DNA of 64,000 nt from Squalus acanthias. Taxonomy: Eukaryota. The position numbers were made by a program, and so were the translations under genes. A model generated the notes under the pieces. That model ran no database searches and was not told the DNA's origin. It worked only from the letters and a program-made list of their open reading frames with translations. This document shows, in pieces, positions 13,932-26,319 of this stretch (the stretch's first letter is position 1; each line of letters begins with the position of its first letter). Location of the stretch: NCBI GenBank assembly GCA_030390025.1, contig CM059432.1, positions 122,390,001-122,454,000 of the forward strand, in the 5' to 3' direction.

Positions 13932-14567
13932 GCCGCGATTTTAACAGAGGCGGCCGGATGGAGTCGGGTTGCTTGGTGGGCGGGGTCCAGACCCACTGCC
14001 GGCTGCATCCGATCCCCAGTTGAGATTTTTGTTTAATTGGCTCCTAAAGTTGAGTGGTGCGCGCTGGCCGGTCCAATGACTGGGATCGGGTCTGTTAGTC
14101 GCCTCTGATGACGTCATTAGTGCAGATGTTTTTAAGGGCCCCATGCAGCCTCAGCCTTTCAGTTCTTGATTCTGCTGGAGTCTGGAATTGGCAAGGCCAC
14201 AATGAGTGCATCGAAACCTAAGGTTGAACCACACTTCACTGAGGACTCCCTCCAAGCTCTTGTGGAGGGAGTTAGAGGGCGCAGGTAGATTCTGTTCCCT
14301 CCCGATGGCCGGAGGAAGCCTCCTCAGCAAACCAAGGCAGCCTGGCTGTGCATTGCTGAGGAGGTCAGCGCAAGGTCTGTGTGTTCATGTACATGGATCC
14401 AGTGCAGGAAACGCTTTAATGATCTTCTGCGATCATCAAAAGTGAGTATCACATCACACTTACCTTCAATCTGCTTCCCTTCTCTTCTCATCACCTGCAC
14501 TCTGCTTTGTAAGCCTGCTCCTCCACATCCCACCTTACCCTTACTTCCCTTGCACCCTTACCTATCC
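13932..14567 (+). mobile_element. Harbinger left end with Myb/SANT exon 1 remnant
   Basis: GCCGCGATTTT terminus; CTWIQCRKRFNDLLRSSK followed by GTGAGT; intron sequence matches 43965-44080. Confidence 0.85.
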
Positions 14568-15801
14568 ATAGAATCATAGATCATAGAAAGTTACAGCACG
14601 GAAGGAGGCCATTTCGGCCCATCGTGTCCGCACCGGCCAACAAAGAGCTATCCAGCCTAATCCCACTTCCCAGCTCTTGGTCTGTAGCCCTGCAGGTTAG
14701 AGCATCCCAAGTGCACATTAAAGTACTTTTTAAATGTGGTTAGGGTTCCTGCCTCTCCCACCCTTTCAGGCAGTGAGTTCCAAACCCCCACAACCCTCTG
14801 GGTGAAGAAATTTCCCCTCAAATCCTCTCTAAACCTTCCCCCAATTACTTTAAATCTGTGCCCCTGGTTTTTGACCCTCCTGCTAAGGGAAATAGGTCCT
14901 TTCTATTCACTTTATCTAGGCCCCTCATAATTTTATACACCTCAATAAGGTCTCCCCTCAACCTCCTCTGTTCCAAGGAAAACAGACCCAGCTTATCCAC
15001 TCTTTCCTCATAGCTAAGATTCTCTACTCCCGGCAACATCCTTGTAAATCTCCTCTGTACCCTCTCTAGTGCAATCACATCTTTCCTGTAATGTGGTGAC
15101 CAGAACTGCACGCAGTACTCTAGCTGAGGCCTAACTAGTGTTTTATACAGTTGAAGCATAACCCCCCTGCTCTTGTATTCTATGCCACAGCTAATAAAGG
15201 CAAGCATTCCGTATGCCTTCTTAACCACCTTATCTACTTGACCTGCTACCTTCAGGGATCTGTGGACATGCACTCCAAGGTCCCTTTGTTCCTCTACACT
15301 ACTCAGTGTCCTACCATTTAATGTGTATTCCCTTTCCTTGTTAGCCCTCCCCAAATGCATTACCTCACACTTCTCCGGATTGAATTCCATTTGCCACTGT
15401 TCTGCCCACCTGACCAATTTATTGATATCTTCCTGCAGTCTACAGCTTCCTTCTTCATTATCAACCACACAGCTGATTTTAGTATCATCTGCAAACTTCT
15501 CAATCATACCCCTATATTCAAGTCAAGATCGTTGATATATACCACAAAAAGCAAGGGACCTAGTACTGAGCCCTGCGGAACCCCACTGGAAACAGCCTTC
15601 CAGTCACAAAAACACCCATTAACCATTACCCTCTGATTCCTGTCTCTGAGCCAGTTTTGAATTCAACTTGACACTTTGCCCTGGATCCCATGGGCTTTTA
15701 ACTTTGTGACCAGTCTGCCATGTGGAACCTTATCAAAAGCCTTGTTAAAGTCCATATACTACATCAAACGCACTACCCTCATCTACCCTCCTTGTTACCT
15801 C
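14568..15801 (-). mobile_element. CR1 3' portion (RT C-terminal half), interrupted by the solo LTR at 15802
   Basis: [27 protein letters not shown]; (catagaat)n tail; CR1-like ctcctcaaa resumes at 18151. Confidence 0.92.
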
Positions 15802-18150
15802 TGTAAAGTTTCGCAATTATCGCGATTCAAAATAACGACAGAGAAGCAGATTCGTTTGATCAGTTTATTTAAACGAAATGCTGTCATGATTAAAAAGGAC
15901 ACAGAAGCCTGTAAAATGGCCGCCGCGCATCGTGGCAGAAGCTTCCAGAATTACAGTGGGCAGACAAGATGGCGCTCGAATAAACATTTCAATATAAGAC
16001 GGGATCATACTCGATAAACACTGATAAAGACAGGATGCAACCTGTTTGCATTTGTGACAATAGCAAAAGATATGAGTGCTGGAATCGTTTTCCATGCACA
16101 AGTAAGGACCATTGTACTGGGCAATCGAAGGCCCATCCAGACACATCAATACACAAATACCCCCACGGCTCTACAATGAGAGAGACATTCTCGGGTGATT
16201 AAACTAGCATTCGGGGGCCCCCCAAAACCAGTCAGGGAGACGATTCATACGATCCTGGCTGGGCCAACAATGGGGAGAACATTAACGGGTAGTTGGCCAG
16301 TTTCAGGTGCTACCGAAACCCGTTAAAGACAAGAATCGCCCCATGCTGGGAGTTTTGAGCACCAATATTTCACAAAGGACAAACATTAAGATTTGGGCGG
16401 GAGATAAGGGAACACAGCACGATAACTATAGTGAACAAATGTCCATCGGTCTCTTAGGGGGAAAAATTCAGCTGCTTGCGCCTCCCGTTAGCGCCTTAAG
16501 AGGGCGCTAATGGGGCGTAAAGCAGCTAACGCCCGGGCGCAGTGCCTCCCGAAAAATTTAGTGGGAGGTTAGCGGCGGCGGCAGCCGGTAGCGCCCTGTG
16601 GCGCTGCGCCGCCGGCGATGACGTCATCGCCGTGCGCAGCACCCAGCTCGCGCCCCGGCCGTGATCTTCAGTCGCGCCCCCTGATTTACCGCCAGACGCT
16701 ATGTCCGACGGGTTCAGGGAGGCGTACGTGCGGCCGGGGCGGCGATATTTAAAGGGGAGGTGGCAGGCGGCCATTTTTGTTGCTGGCCGCCTGCCAGCAC
16801 CTGCCCCCGTTGCTGTCCCCGGCCCCCGTGAAGCCCCCCCACCGTGAAGTGCCGGCTGCGCTCCAAGAGCCCGGCACTTCTCTTGAGTGCCGGGCTCTTT
16901 TGCCGGCACTCCCGATCCCTGGGGGCCCAGCTGGGCCCCGGTTCGCGCTGCGCAGGGTCCCTCCCCTTTAAGAAGGGGAGGAAGGCCTGCAATACCGCGG
17001 CGCGACGTGCCGCAGCGCCAGGATATTCACTCGCAGCGCCCCAAGAGGGATGCGGGGTGCTTCCAGTGGCGCCCCGCTTCCCTCTTGGGGCGCAACCACT
17101 GAAGTTCCGGCGCGGGGCCGCTAATTTTTTCGGGGCGCTAAAAGTCGCGCCCCGGCGAGGTTAGCGCCCCAAATGGGGCGCGACTCAATTTTTACCCCTT
17201 ATTCTCTTGATTCGGCGCCTTATTCTCTTATCTCGCTGCTGACTGCGGAGGGTTTTCGGTGTTCTCTCTGGACTCTGTTGACTATGTTGGGTGGAGCTCA
17301 AACGGAACGAGCCGCCTCAACGAGGGCCAGTGACCGGGTGCACCATCCCGAGAGTCGGTAAACGGTGTCTGGACCCGAAGGCCCGAAGAGACGAGACGAG
17401 ACGAAGAGGAGAAGAATCCACGTGCCGCCGCGGTCAGTAAACCCCGACCGCGCCCGAAAATACAAGAAAGAACTTTTCATTGAATTCTACCGGCAACCGG
17501 TGTCGGACACAGGAAGACTCTTCTTCGAACCGTGTCCGAGTTCTGTCGAGTTCTTCATGACAACGGGGAGCCCGGCCTGCTTGCCGCAGCAGCGAAGATA
17601 AACAAGTGGGGTACAGAGACCCCTCAAAACACGTGACAGTCAGGCGCTGCAGCGAAACGAGCCGAGTGCCTCACTTTAAAATTCTCCGAAGTATCACGAG
17701 TGGTGAGTATGTTTCCTGATCCTACAAATCTAGATGTAGTGTAGGTATTGATAAGAGAGCGTGGTTTTATTAAGGATAAAGTATAATGTGTTCCCCTTTT
17801 TACGATGTGCCGTGCGTTCTTCATTACCATAGACCAAGCTTTATGAATGTATGTATACTTGTACTCTCGTTAATTTGCGCCTATGACATGTACTTCATGA
17901 TTTTGGACGCTATGCAATAAAGATTTCCATTTCGTACTATTCAACCGGGTCTATTTGAGTTTTTCTCTGCATTACTGCTCTCGCACCTAAGTCCAGTGTT
18001 AGAACCGTAAGGGCGAGTGGGTCGAACCACTCACAGGTGCTTATTGCAACAAGGCTGGCCGGAGACCAGAGCAAGCAATAGTATTAGGCAACGAAGGCCT
18101 AACCTCGCATCAGCACCGTCTGTGATACAAGCACGCCAAAACCCCTTACA
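15802..18150 (+). mobile_element. Long solo LTR (~1.6 kb without the inserted MITE), copy 1
   Basis: TGTAA...TTACA ends; AATAAA near 17916; colinear inverted paralog at 48728-50376; no PBS or PPT adjacent. Confidence 0.8.
16457..17198. mobile_element. CpG-rich Harbinger-type MITE, TSD TTA
   Basis: TIRs GGGGGAAAAATT / AATTTTTACCCC; TTA on both sides; the empty site is visible in the paralogous LTR near 49720-49735. Confidence 0.92.
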
Positions 18151-18577
18151 CTCCTCAAATTCTATGATGTTCAAACTCCACGCAGGCAGGAAGGTTTTAT
18201 TCTTCTGTCAAAAGCATTCTTCCACTTTTATTTATCTTCCAATACGCAAGAGATGAGATTACTATATTGTGTAGTTAAAGGCTTCTATTCTGGCAGAAGT
18301 CAAAACGACAAACTGTCAGCCATTAACTGGAATCTATCAGCCTTTAATCTGACTGCAAGAGGGAACATTACTATCTACTTTCAAGCAATTCTACCTCCTA
18401 TCAGGAATCATACAAGGAAGCACGACGGCAAAAGTTAGACCTATAATCACTTTTAAATTGGTACCTGAGTAGCCAAGGTTATTCATCCATTGGCTGTGTC
18501 TGTTTTAGGGATTTCAACCAAAAGTAGTACTGAAGTTCTAGATTATAGTCCTATTTTATGATATTTCAGAGAAAAGT

Positions 18578-18845
18578 GGGGGCGAATTTAACCCTATTCA
18601 CTCAGCAGAAACCTGGCGGTTGGGCAGTTAAAATCGCCCTGGCTCTTACCTGTCCGAAAGCCGCCATGATTGCAACATCTGCAATTTTAACCTGCTCTCC
18701 TGAGCAGGCAGCAAGGACATGCACCCGGAGCCAACAGGATCCTTTTTCACATAGGCATGTTGCGGCCCGATGACATCATTGAGTCCCGACTGTAATTTTA
18801 ACTCAGGCTTGAGCGGGGAATCCACCTGGAGTTAAAATCAGGGCC
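18578..18845. mobile_element. Short Harbinger-type MITE
   Basis: Imperfect TIRs GGGGGCGAATTTAAC / GTTAAAATCAGGGCC. Confidence 0.55.
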
Positions 18846-19912
18846 AATTGTTAAATAAATAAACAAAGAAAGTGCTGTATCAGAGAGTAGGATGACTTTG
18901 TATGAGATGAATGGTACCATGTCCAACTGGTCTAATTTAAACCTGTGCTGATTTGAATCCAGGTACAGTAGATCCTGTAGTGTGGAATCTAAATAACTAA
19001 CCCAGGGATTATTTCTTCTGCATAAAAAAATAAAAAGTGACAAAGAGAACCTCAAAGAAATACTTCTAAAATCTCCAGGATAAAAGCTCGTTGTGAATTC
19101 AAAGAACATACAGACATTCATGTTATTAAATAACTGACAATCAGGATGAATTGTAAACTTGACCCAGTTGACCGCACTTAGACATCCACCGGCCATTTAT
19201 ACAATGTCAATTTAAATCTTCCCTGTTGGGAATGACTGACAACACTGGATGTGAAACAATCAATGGCGATCTATCATGGTATTAATCTCAGGCACCTTGA
19301 AAATTCAAAATATTTTGAAATAGATGTTAGACATTTAATCACTGTCAGTATTCCATTGCTCCTTGACTCTGTGGTTTAAACACCCATAAATATTTCATTA
19401 CTCTTATCAGTAATCTACAGCACAATCTAGAGTGATGTCTTGATATTTTGTGCACATTTCCTTCACTCATGAAATGGACTACTTGCTTAAACTGAGTATG
19501 TAAGAATTCATTCTTAGATAGTAACACAACTGAGATCGTAAAGGTATACTGTAGGTTTTGTGCACACATTACTGTAATGTAACTGCTCAAGTCTTGTTTA
19601 ACTAAAGTTAAATCTCCAATTAATGATCCAAGAACTGTTTTGAAGTTGTAAACGATGTTTGAGCTAATGTCTCCATGCAGTTATCGCATACTACTGGCAA
19701 AACTGACCCTTGTCAAAATGACTGTTACCACATTAGAACAATAAAGGGAACTTTGTGTCAAGCCTATGGGAGGCTGGGGAGGAGGGGAGGGGTTCATGGG
19801 GGGCACACTAAGTTATTACTTTAGAGTCATAGATAGAGTCATAGAGTTATACAGCACAGAAAGAGGCCCTTCGGCCCATCGTGTCTGTGCCGGCCATCAA
19901 GCCCTGTCTATT

Positions 19913-22720
19913 CTAATCGCATTTTCCAGCACTTGGTCCATAGCCTTGTATGCTATGGCGTTTCAAGTGCTCATCTAAATGCTTCTTGAATGTTGTGAGG
20001 GTTCCTGCCTCTACCACCCTTTCAGGCAGTGAGTTCCAGATTCCAACCACCCTTTGGGTGAAAAAGTTTTTCCTCAAATCCCCTCTAAACCTCCTGCCCC
20101 TTACCTTGAAACTATGCGCCCTGGTTATTGACCCCTCTACTAAGGGGAAAAGTTCCTTTCTACCTATCCTATCTATGCCCCTCATAATTTTGTACACCTC
20201 AATCAGGTCCCCCCTCAGCCTTCTCTGGTCTAAGGAAAACAAACCCAGCCTGTCCAGTCTCTCTTCATAGCTGAAGCGCTCCAGCCCAGATAACATCCTG
20301 GTGAATCTCCTCTGCGCCCTCTCCAATGCAATCACATCCTTCCTATAGAGTGGCAACCAGAACTGCACACAGTATTCCAGCTGTGGCCTAACTAGCGTTT
20401 TGTACAGCTCCATCATAACCTCCCTGCTCTTATATTCTATGCCTCGGCTAATGAAGGCAAGTATCCCATATGCCTTTTTCACCACCTTATCTACCTGTCC
20501 TGCTGCCTTCAGGGATCTATGTACATGCATACCAAGGTCCCTCTGATCCTCTGTCCTTCCTAGGGTCCTACCATTCATTGTGTATTCCCTTGCCTTGTTA
20601 GTCCTCCCAAAATGCATCACCTCACACTTTTCAGGGTTAAATTCCATTTGCCACTGTTCTACCCAGCTAACCAACTATATCGTCCTGTAGCCTGAGGCTT
20701 CCCTCCTCGCTATTTACCACTCCACCAATTTTCGTGTCATCTGCGAACTTACTGATCATACCTCCTACATTCATATCTAAATCATTAATGTATACTACAA
20801 ACAGCAAAGGACCCAGCACCGATCCCTGCAGTAAACCACTGGACACAGGCTTCCAGTCACAAAAACAACCTTCGACCATCACCCTCTGCCTCCTGCCACT
20901 AAGCCAATTTTGGATCCAATGTGCCAAATTGCCCTGGATCCCATGGGCTCTTACCTTCTTGACCAGTCTCCCATGCGGGACTTTGTCAAAAGCCTTACTG
21001 AAGTCCATGTAGACCACATCAACTGCACTACCCTCATCCACACAACTAGTCACCCCCTCGAACAATTCAATCAAATTGGTCAGACATGATCTCCCCCTGA
21101 CAAAGCCATGCTGACTATTCTTGATTAATCCTTGCCTCTGCAAGTGGAGACTAATTCTGTCCCTCAGAATTTTTTCCAATAATTTCCCTACCACTGATGC
21201 TAGGCTCACTGGCCTGTAATTCCCTGGTTTATCCCTACTACCCTTCTTGAATAATGATACTACGTTAGCTGTTCTCCAATCCTCTGGCACCTCCCCTGTG
21301 GCCAGAGAGGTTCTGAAAATTTGTGTCAGAGCCCCTGCAATCTCCTCCCTTGCCTCACACAGCAGCCTGGGATACATCTCGTCTGGGCCTGGGGATTTAT
21401 CCACTTTTAAGCCCGCTAAAACCGCTAGTACCTCCTCCCTCTCAATACTAATTTGTTCAAGTATATCACAATCCCCCTGCCTGATTTCTATGCCTACATC
21501 ACACTTCTCCATAGTGAACACAGATGCAAAATATTCATTTAAAACCCCACCTACATCTTCTGGCTCTACACACAGATTGCCACTTTGGTGCCTAATGGGC
21601 CCTACTCTTTCCCTAGTTATCCTCTTGCCCTTAATATACTTATAAAACACCTTGGGATTTTCCTTTATTTTGCCCGCCAGTGTTATTTCATGCCCCCTCT
21701 TTGCTCTCCTAATTTATTTTTTAAGTACCCCCCGGCACTTTCTATACCCCTCTAGGGCTTCCGCTGTTTTTAGTCCTTTGTATCTGCCAAAAGCCTCCCT
21801 TTTTTTCCTAATCCATTCTCGTATATCCCTTAACATCCAGGGTTCCCTGGGTTTCTTGGTCCCACCCTTGACCTTTACGGGAACATGTTGCCATTCTACT
21901 CTCTCTATTTCCTTTCTGAAGGACTCCCATTGCTCTGATGTGGATTTTCCTACAAGTAGCTGATCCCAGTCCACTTTGGCCAGATCTTGCCTTATCACAT
22001 TAAAATCGGCCTTCCCCCAATTTAGAACCTTTATTTCCGGTCCATCTTTGTCCTTTTCCATGCCTACCTTAAGTCTCACCGAATTATGGTCACTTTCACC
22101 AAAATGCTCTCCTACTAACACATCTACCACTTGCCCGGCTACATTCCCTAGAATTAGGTCCAGTACCGCCCCCTCTCTTGTAGGACTTTCTACATGCTGG
22201 CTCAAAAAGCTCTCCTGGATGCACTTTAAGAATTCCGCACCCTCTAAGCCTTTCACACACTGACTATCCCAGTTAATATTGGGGAAGTTGAAATCCCCTA
22301 CTATTATTAACCTATTATTTCGACACTTCTCTGAGATTTGCCTACATATCTGTTCCTCTATCTCCCCCTGACTGTATGGGGGCCTATAGTACACTCCCAG
22401 CAAAGTGCTTGCCCCCTTTTTGTTTTTAAGTTCTACCCATATGGCCTCATTAGAGGAACCTGCAAAGATATCATCCCTCCTTACAGCAGTAATTGACTCC
22501 TCGATTAATATTGCGACACCCCCTCCTCTTTTACACCCCCCTCTGTCTCGCCTGAAGACTCTATACCCTGGAATATTGAGCTGCTAGTCCTGCCCCTCCC
22601 TCAACCATTTCTCTGTGATAGCAACAATATCATACTCCCATGTGTTCATCAACACCTTCAATTCATCTGCCTTACTCGCAAGACTCCTTGCATTAAAATA
22701 AATGCCATCCGGCCTTGCCA
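19913..22720 (-). pseudogene. CR1 ORF2: APE endonuclease + reverse transcriptase, disrupted
   Basis: GDFN, SDHN, NYRPVSL, DFSKAFD, QGSVLGP, FADD spread over three ORFs and an upstream broken segment. Confidence 0.93.
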
Positions 22721-22840
22721 TACTCCCTTGTGCCGTTACATATTTGCTCTGCCTTCCAGGCTGACTTGTTTTTTCCTCTATATTTGGCTGTGCATCACCC
22801 TCTACTATAGCTCCACTCTGTATCCCATCCCCCTGCCAAG

Positions 22841-23790
22841 TTAGTTTAAACCCCCCACAACAGTACTAGCAAACCTCCCCGCAAGGATGTTGGTCCCGTT
22901 CCGGTTCAGGTGCAACCCGTCCGACTTGTACAGGTCCCACCTTCCCCAGAAGCAGACCCAGTGGTCCAGGAAACTAAAGCCCTCCCTCCTGCACCAACTC
23001 TTTAGCCACGCATTCATCTGCTCTATCCTTCTATTCCTATACTTACTAGCACGTGGCACTGGGAGTAATCCAGAGATTACAACCTTTGAGGTCCTGCTTT
23101 TTAATCTGCTACCTAGCTCCCTAAATTCTTGTTGCAGGACCTCATCCCTCTTTCTACCTATGTCGTTGGTACCAATGTGAACCATGACCTCTGACTGTTC
23201 GCCCTCTCCCTTCAGAATGCCCTGCAGCCGTTCAGTGACATCCTTGACCCTGGCACTAGGGAGGCAACATACCATCCTGGAGTCATGTCTGCGGCCACAG
23301 AAACGTCTATCTGTTCCCTTACGATAGAATCCCCTATCACTGTTGCTCTCCCACTCTTTTTCCTCCCCTCCTGTGCAGCTGAGCCATTCGTAGTGCCACG
23401 GACTTGGCTCTTGCTGCATTCCCCTGAGAAACCATCTCCCCCATCAGTATCCAAAACGGAAAATCTGTCCGAGAGGGGGATCGACCCAGGGGATTTCTGC
23501 ACTACCTTCCTAGTTCTTTTACTGTGTCTGGTGGTCACCCATCCCCTGTCTGCCTGTGCACTCTTTACCTGCGGTGTGAGCACCTTGTTAAACGTGCTAT
23601 CCACGAAGATCTCAGCTTCGCGGATGCTCCACAGTGACTCCAGCTGCAGCTCCAGCTCTGAAACGCGGATTTCGAGGAGCTGCAGCTGGAGACACTTCCT
23701 GCACATGTGTTCGCCCAGGACACCTAAAGTGTCCCTGACTTCCAACATAGCGCAGGAGGAGCACTCCACGCAGCTGAGCTGCCCTGCCAT
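22841..23790 (-). pseudogene. CR1 ORF1: Cys zinc finger + coiled coil + SGNH esterase, one frameshift
   Basis: CSSC...CRKC, leucine heptads, GDS, GTND, DGLH in ORFs 23212-23790 and 22841-23419. Confidence 0.9.
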
Positions 23791-24838
23791 GTCCTACTCT
23801 TAATTTACTCCCTTTAAATTAAAGAATATTAAATACACTAGGGACCTTACTTCCCTTTAAACACTACTTACTCTAAACTAGAGACCTTACTTTTACTTTA
23901 ATGACTGGAATGTAGAAATATTGTAGAAATACTCACCGCTGGTTCTCTGTCCCCTCTTGTGCAGCTTTTTAGCTCCTGCTCTCCTGGAAGCTGACAAAGA
24001 TGGAAAAAGAAAGGAACACCTCCCTCCCCGAGCTCCCTCACTCACCAAACTCGCAGCTTAACACTCTGTTCCGATCTGCACTCCGTGACAAACTGCACTC
24101 TAGCCTCCCTTACTTATACTGCTGAGATTTAAATAAGTGAGCTCTCTGGCAGTTACAGAACCAGATTAGACCACTTAATTAATTAATTACTCTCACCTGC
24201 TCTCCAGCACAGAGCTTGCTTAGCCCTGCCCAAGCCTAGAAGAAACCTAAAACTTGAAACAGTAAATTTAAATGCTAGTTGAAAGCACACAAGACTAGAA
24301 TTTATAAAAATAAGAGATTAACCTTTAAGATTTACTCCCTCACTCACCAAACTCGCAGCTTAACACTCTGTTCCAATCTGCACTCTCTTTACTGGTGATA
24401 TTTATTGTAGCTGAATAGTTAATTATTCCTAAATTATTTGTCCATGTAGATTTTAGAAGTAACAATGCCCTTTACAATATAAACAATCGCATCCATGTTA
24501 GGCCTTTTGATAGTTACATTTTTTTATTCTTGAAATAATGCAGTCCCTGCGTAGCTCACTTGCACTGACAGAATTATCTTTTTTTTTAAATCAAGAAAAC
24601 TAGGGGGAAGAGCCAAGATACATTGAGCAAGACACATACGAAATCACCAAGCTTGAAAATTGGAGAGAAGATGAGGTAAATCACGAAATACTGGTTTGGT
24701 GATGCCTCTGATTGTGAGCTTGTCCCTTGGGGAGGGGGGCAGGGAATTGCATTCTGCTACAGGATTCATATGGCTACTGGATCTTAAAGGGGCAAGCATC
24801 CTGCAATTTAAAACTGAAAAAAAAACTTGAAAGACTTG

Positions 24839-25611
24839 GGGGGAAAAATTCAGCTGCTTGCGCCTCCCGTTAGCGCCTTAAATGGGCGCTAATGGGGCGT
24901 AAAGCAGCTAACGCCCGGGCGCAGCGCCGCCCACGCCTCCCGAAAAATTTAGTGGGAGGTTAGCGGCGGCGGCAGCCGGTAGCGCCCTGTGGCGCTGCGC
25001 CGCCGGCGATGACGTCATCGCCGTGCGCAGCGCCCCGCTCGCGCCCCGGCCGTGATCTTCAGTCGCGCCCCCTGATTTACCGCCAGACGCTATGTCCGAC
25101 GGGTTCAGGGGGGCGTACGTGCGGCCGGGGCGGCGATATTTAAAGGGGAGGTGGCAGGCGGCCATTTTTGTTGCTGGCCGCCTGCCAGCACCTGCCCCCG
25201 TTGCTGTCCCCGGCCCCCGTGAAGCCCCCCCACCGTGAAGTGCCGGCTGCGCTCCAAGAGCCCGGCACTTCTCTTGAGTGCCGGGCTCTTTTGCCGGCAC
25301 TCCCGATCCCTGGGAGCCCAGCTGGGCCCCGGTTCGCGCTGCGCAAGGCCCCTCCCCTTTAAGAAGGGGAGGAAGGCCTGCAATACCGCGGCGTGACGTG
25401 CCGCAGCGCGTGGCGCTGCGGCACGTAGCGCCAGGATATTCCCTCGCAGCGCCCCAAGAGGGATGCGGGGTGCTTCCAGTTGCGCCCCGCTTCCCTCTTG
25501 GGGCGCAACCACTGAAGTTCCGGCGCGGGGCCGCTAATTTTTTCGGGGCGCTAAAAGTCGCGCCCCGGCGAGGTTAGCGCCCCAAATGGAGCAATACTGA
25601 ATTTTTAGCCC
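24839..25611. mobile_element. CpG-rich Harbinger-type MITE, TSD TTG
   Basis: TIRs GGGGGAAAAATTCAG / CTGAATTTTTAGCCC; near-identical to 16457-17198. Confidence 0.92.
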
Positions 25612-25619
25612 TTGGAATT

Positions 25620-25850
25620 CTATAGTGCTTTTAACGACCACCGGATGTCTCAAAGTGCATAAAAGCCAATGATGTAATTTTGCAGTACCTCCAACAGTCC
25701 TTGGAGTGGGACTATGAACCCACAACCTTCTGACTCAGGGGCGAGTGTGCTACCAACTGAGCCAACACTTCAAAAGTACTTCATTGACTGTAAAGCACTT
25801 TGAGACGTCCGGTAGTCATGAAAGGCACTATATAAATGCAACTCTTTCTT
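25620..25850. mobile_element. Two rearranged Deu-type SINE fragments in opposite orientation
   Basis: 25620-25765 matches the SINE minus strand (internally deleted); 25766-25850 matches its 3' tail on the plus strand. Confidence 0.6.
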
Positions 25851-25851
25851 T

Positions 25852-26284
25852 AGAAACATAGAAACATAGAATCTAGGAGCAGGAGTAGGCCATTCGGCCC
25901 ATCGAGCCTGCTCCGCCATTCAATACGATCATGGCTGATCATCCAAATCCAGTACCCTGTCCCTGCTTTAATCCCCACAGTACACATATCCCACCTTACC
26001 CCCGTAACCCCACGTATTTAATTCCCCCTAACATATCCCATCCTAGCCCCATAACCCCACATATTTAATCCCCCCTAACACTAAGGGTCAATTTATCATA
26101 GCCAAATCAACCTAACCCACACATTTTTGGACTGTGGGAGGAAACCGGAGCACCCGGAGGAAACCCACGCAAACACGGGGAGAATGTGCAAACTCCACAC
26201 AGACAGTCACCCGAGGTCAGATTCGAACCCGGGTCTCTGGCGCTGTGAGGCACCAGTGCTAACCACTATGCCACCGTGTTGCCC
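25852..26284 (-). mobile_element. Full-length tRNA-derived V-SINE with CR1-type tail
   Basis: Minus-strand A box TGGCATAGTGG and B box GGTTCGAATC; V-domain (ggaggaaaccggagcacccggaggaaacccacgc); tail shared with CR1 at 59348. Confidence 0.9.
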
Positions 26285-26319
26285 ACGGTGACATAGTGGT
26301 TCTTTCTTTCTTTCTTTCT

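Larger units (their letters stand above)
19822..24390 (-). mobile_element. Near full-length CR1 LINE (5'UTR, ORF1, ORF2, tail)
   Basis: Colinear ORF1 and ORF2 pieces plus (tagagtca) tail; several frameshifts and stops. Confidence 0.95.

Noticed and set aside
16526..17164. Overlapping ORFs repeated at 24908-25577 and 56129-56329
   Set aside because: They come from a GC-rich, stop-poor MITE; the repetition reflects copy identity and indels shift frames.
17624..17830. ORF MVMKNARHIVKRG... also at 49043
   Set aside because: Antisense within the two LTR copies, with differing ends and no recognisable domain.
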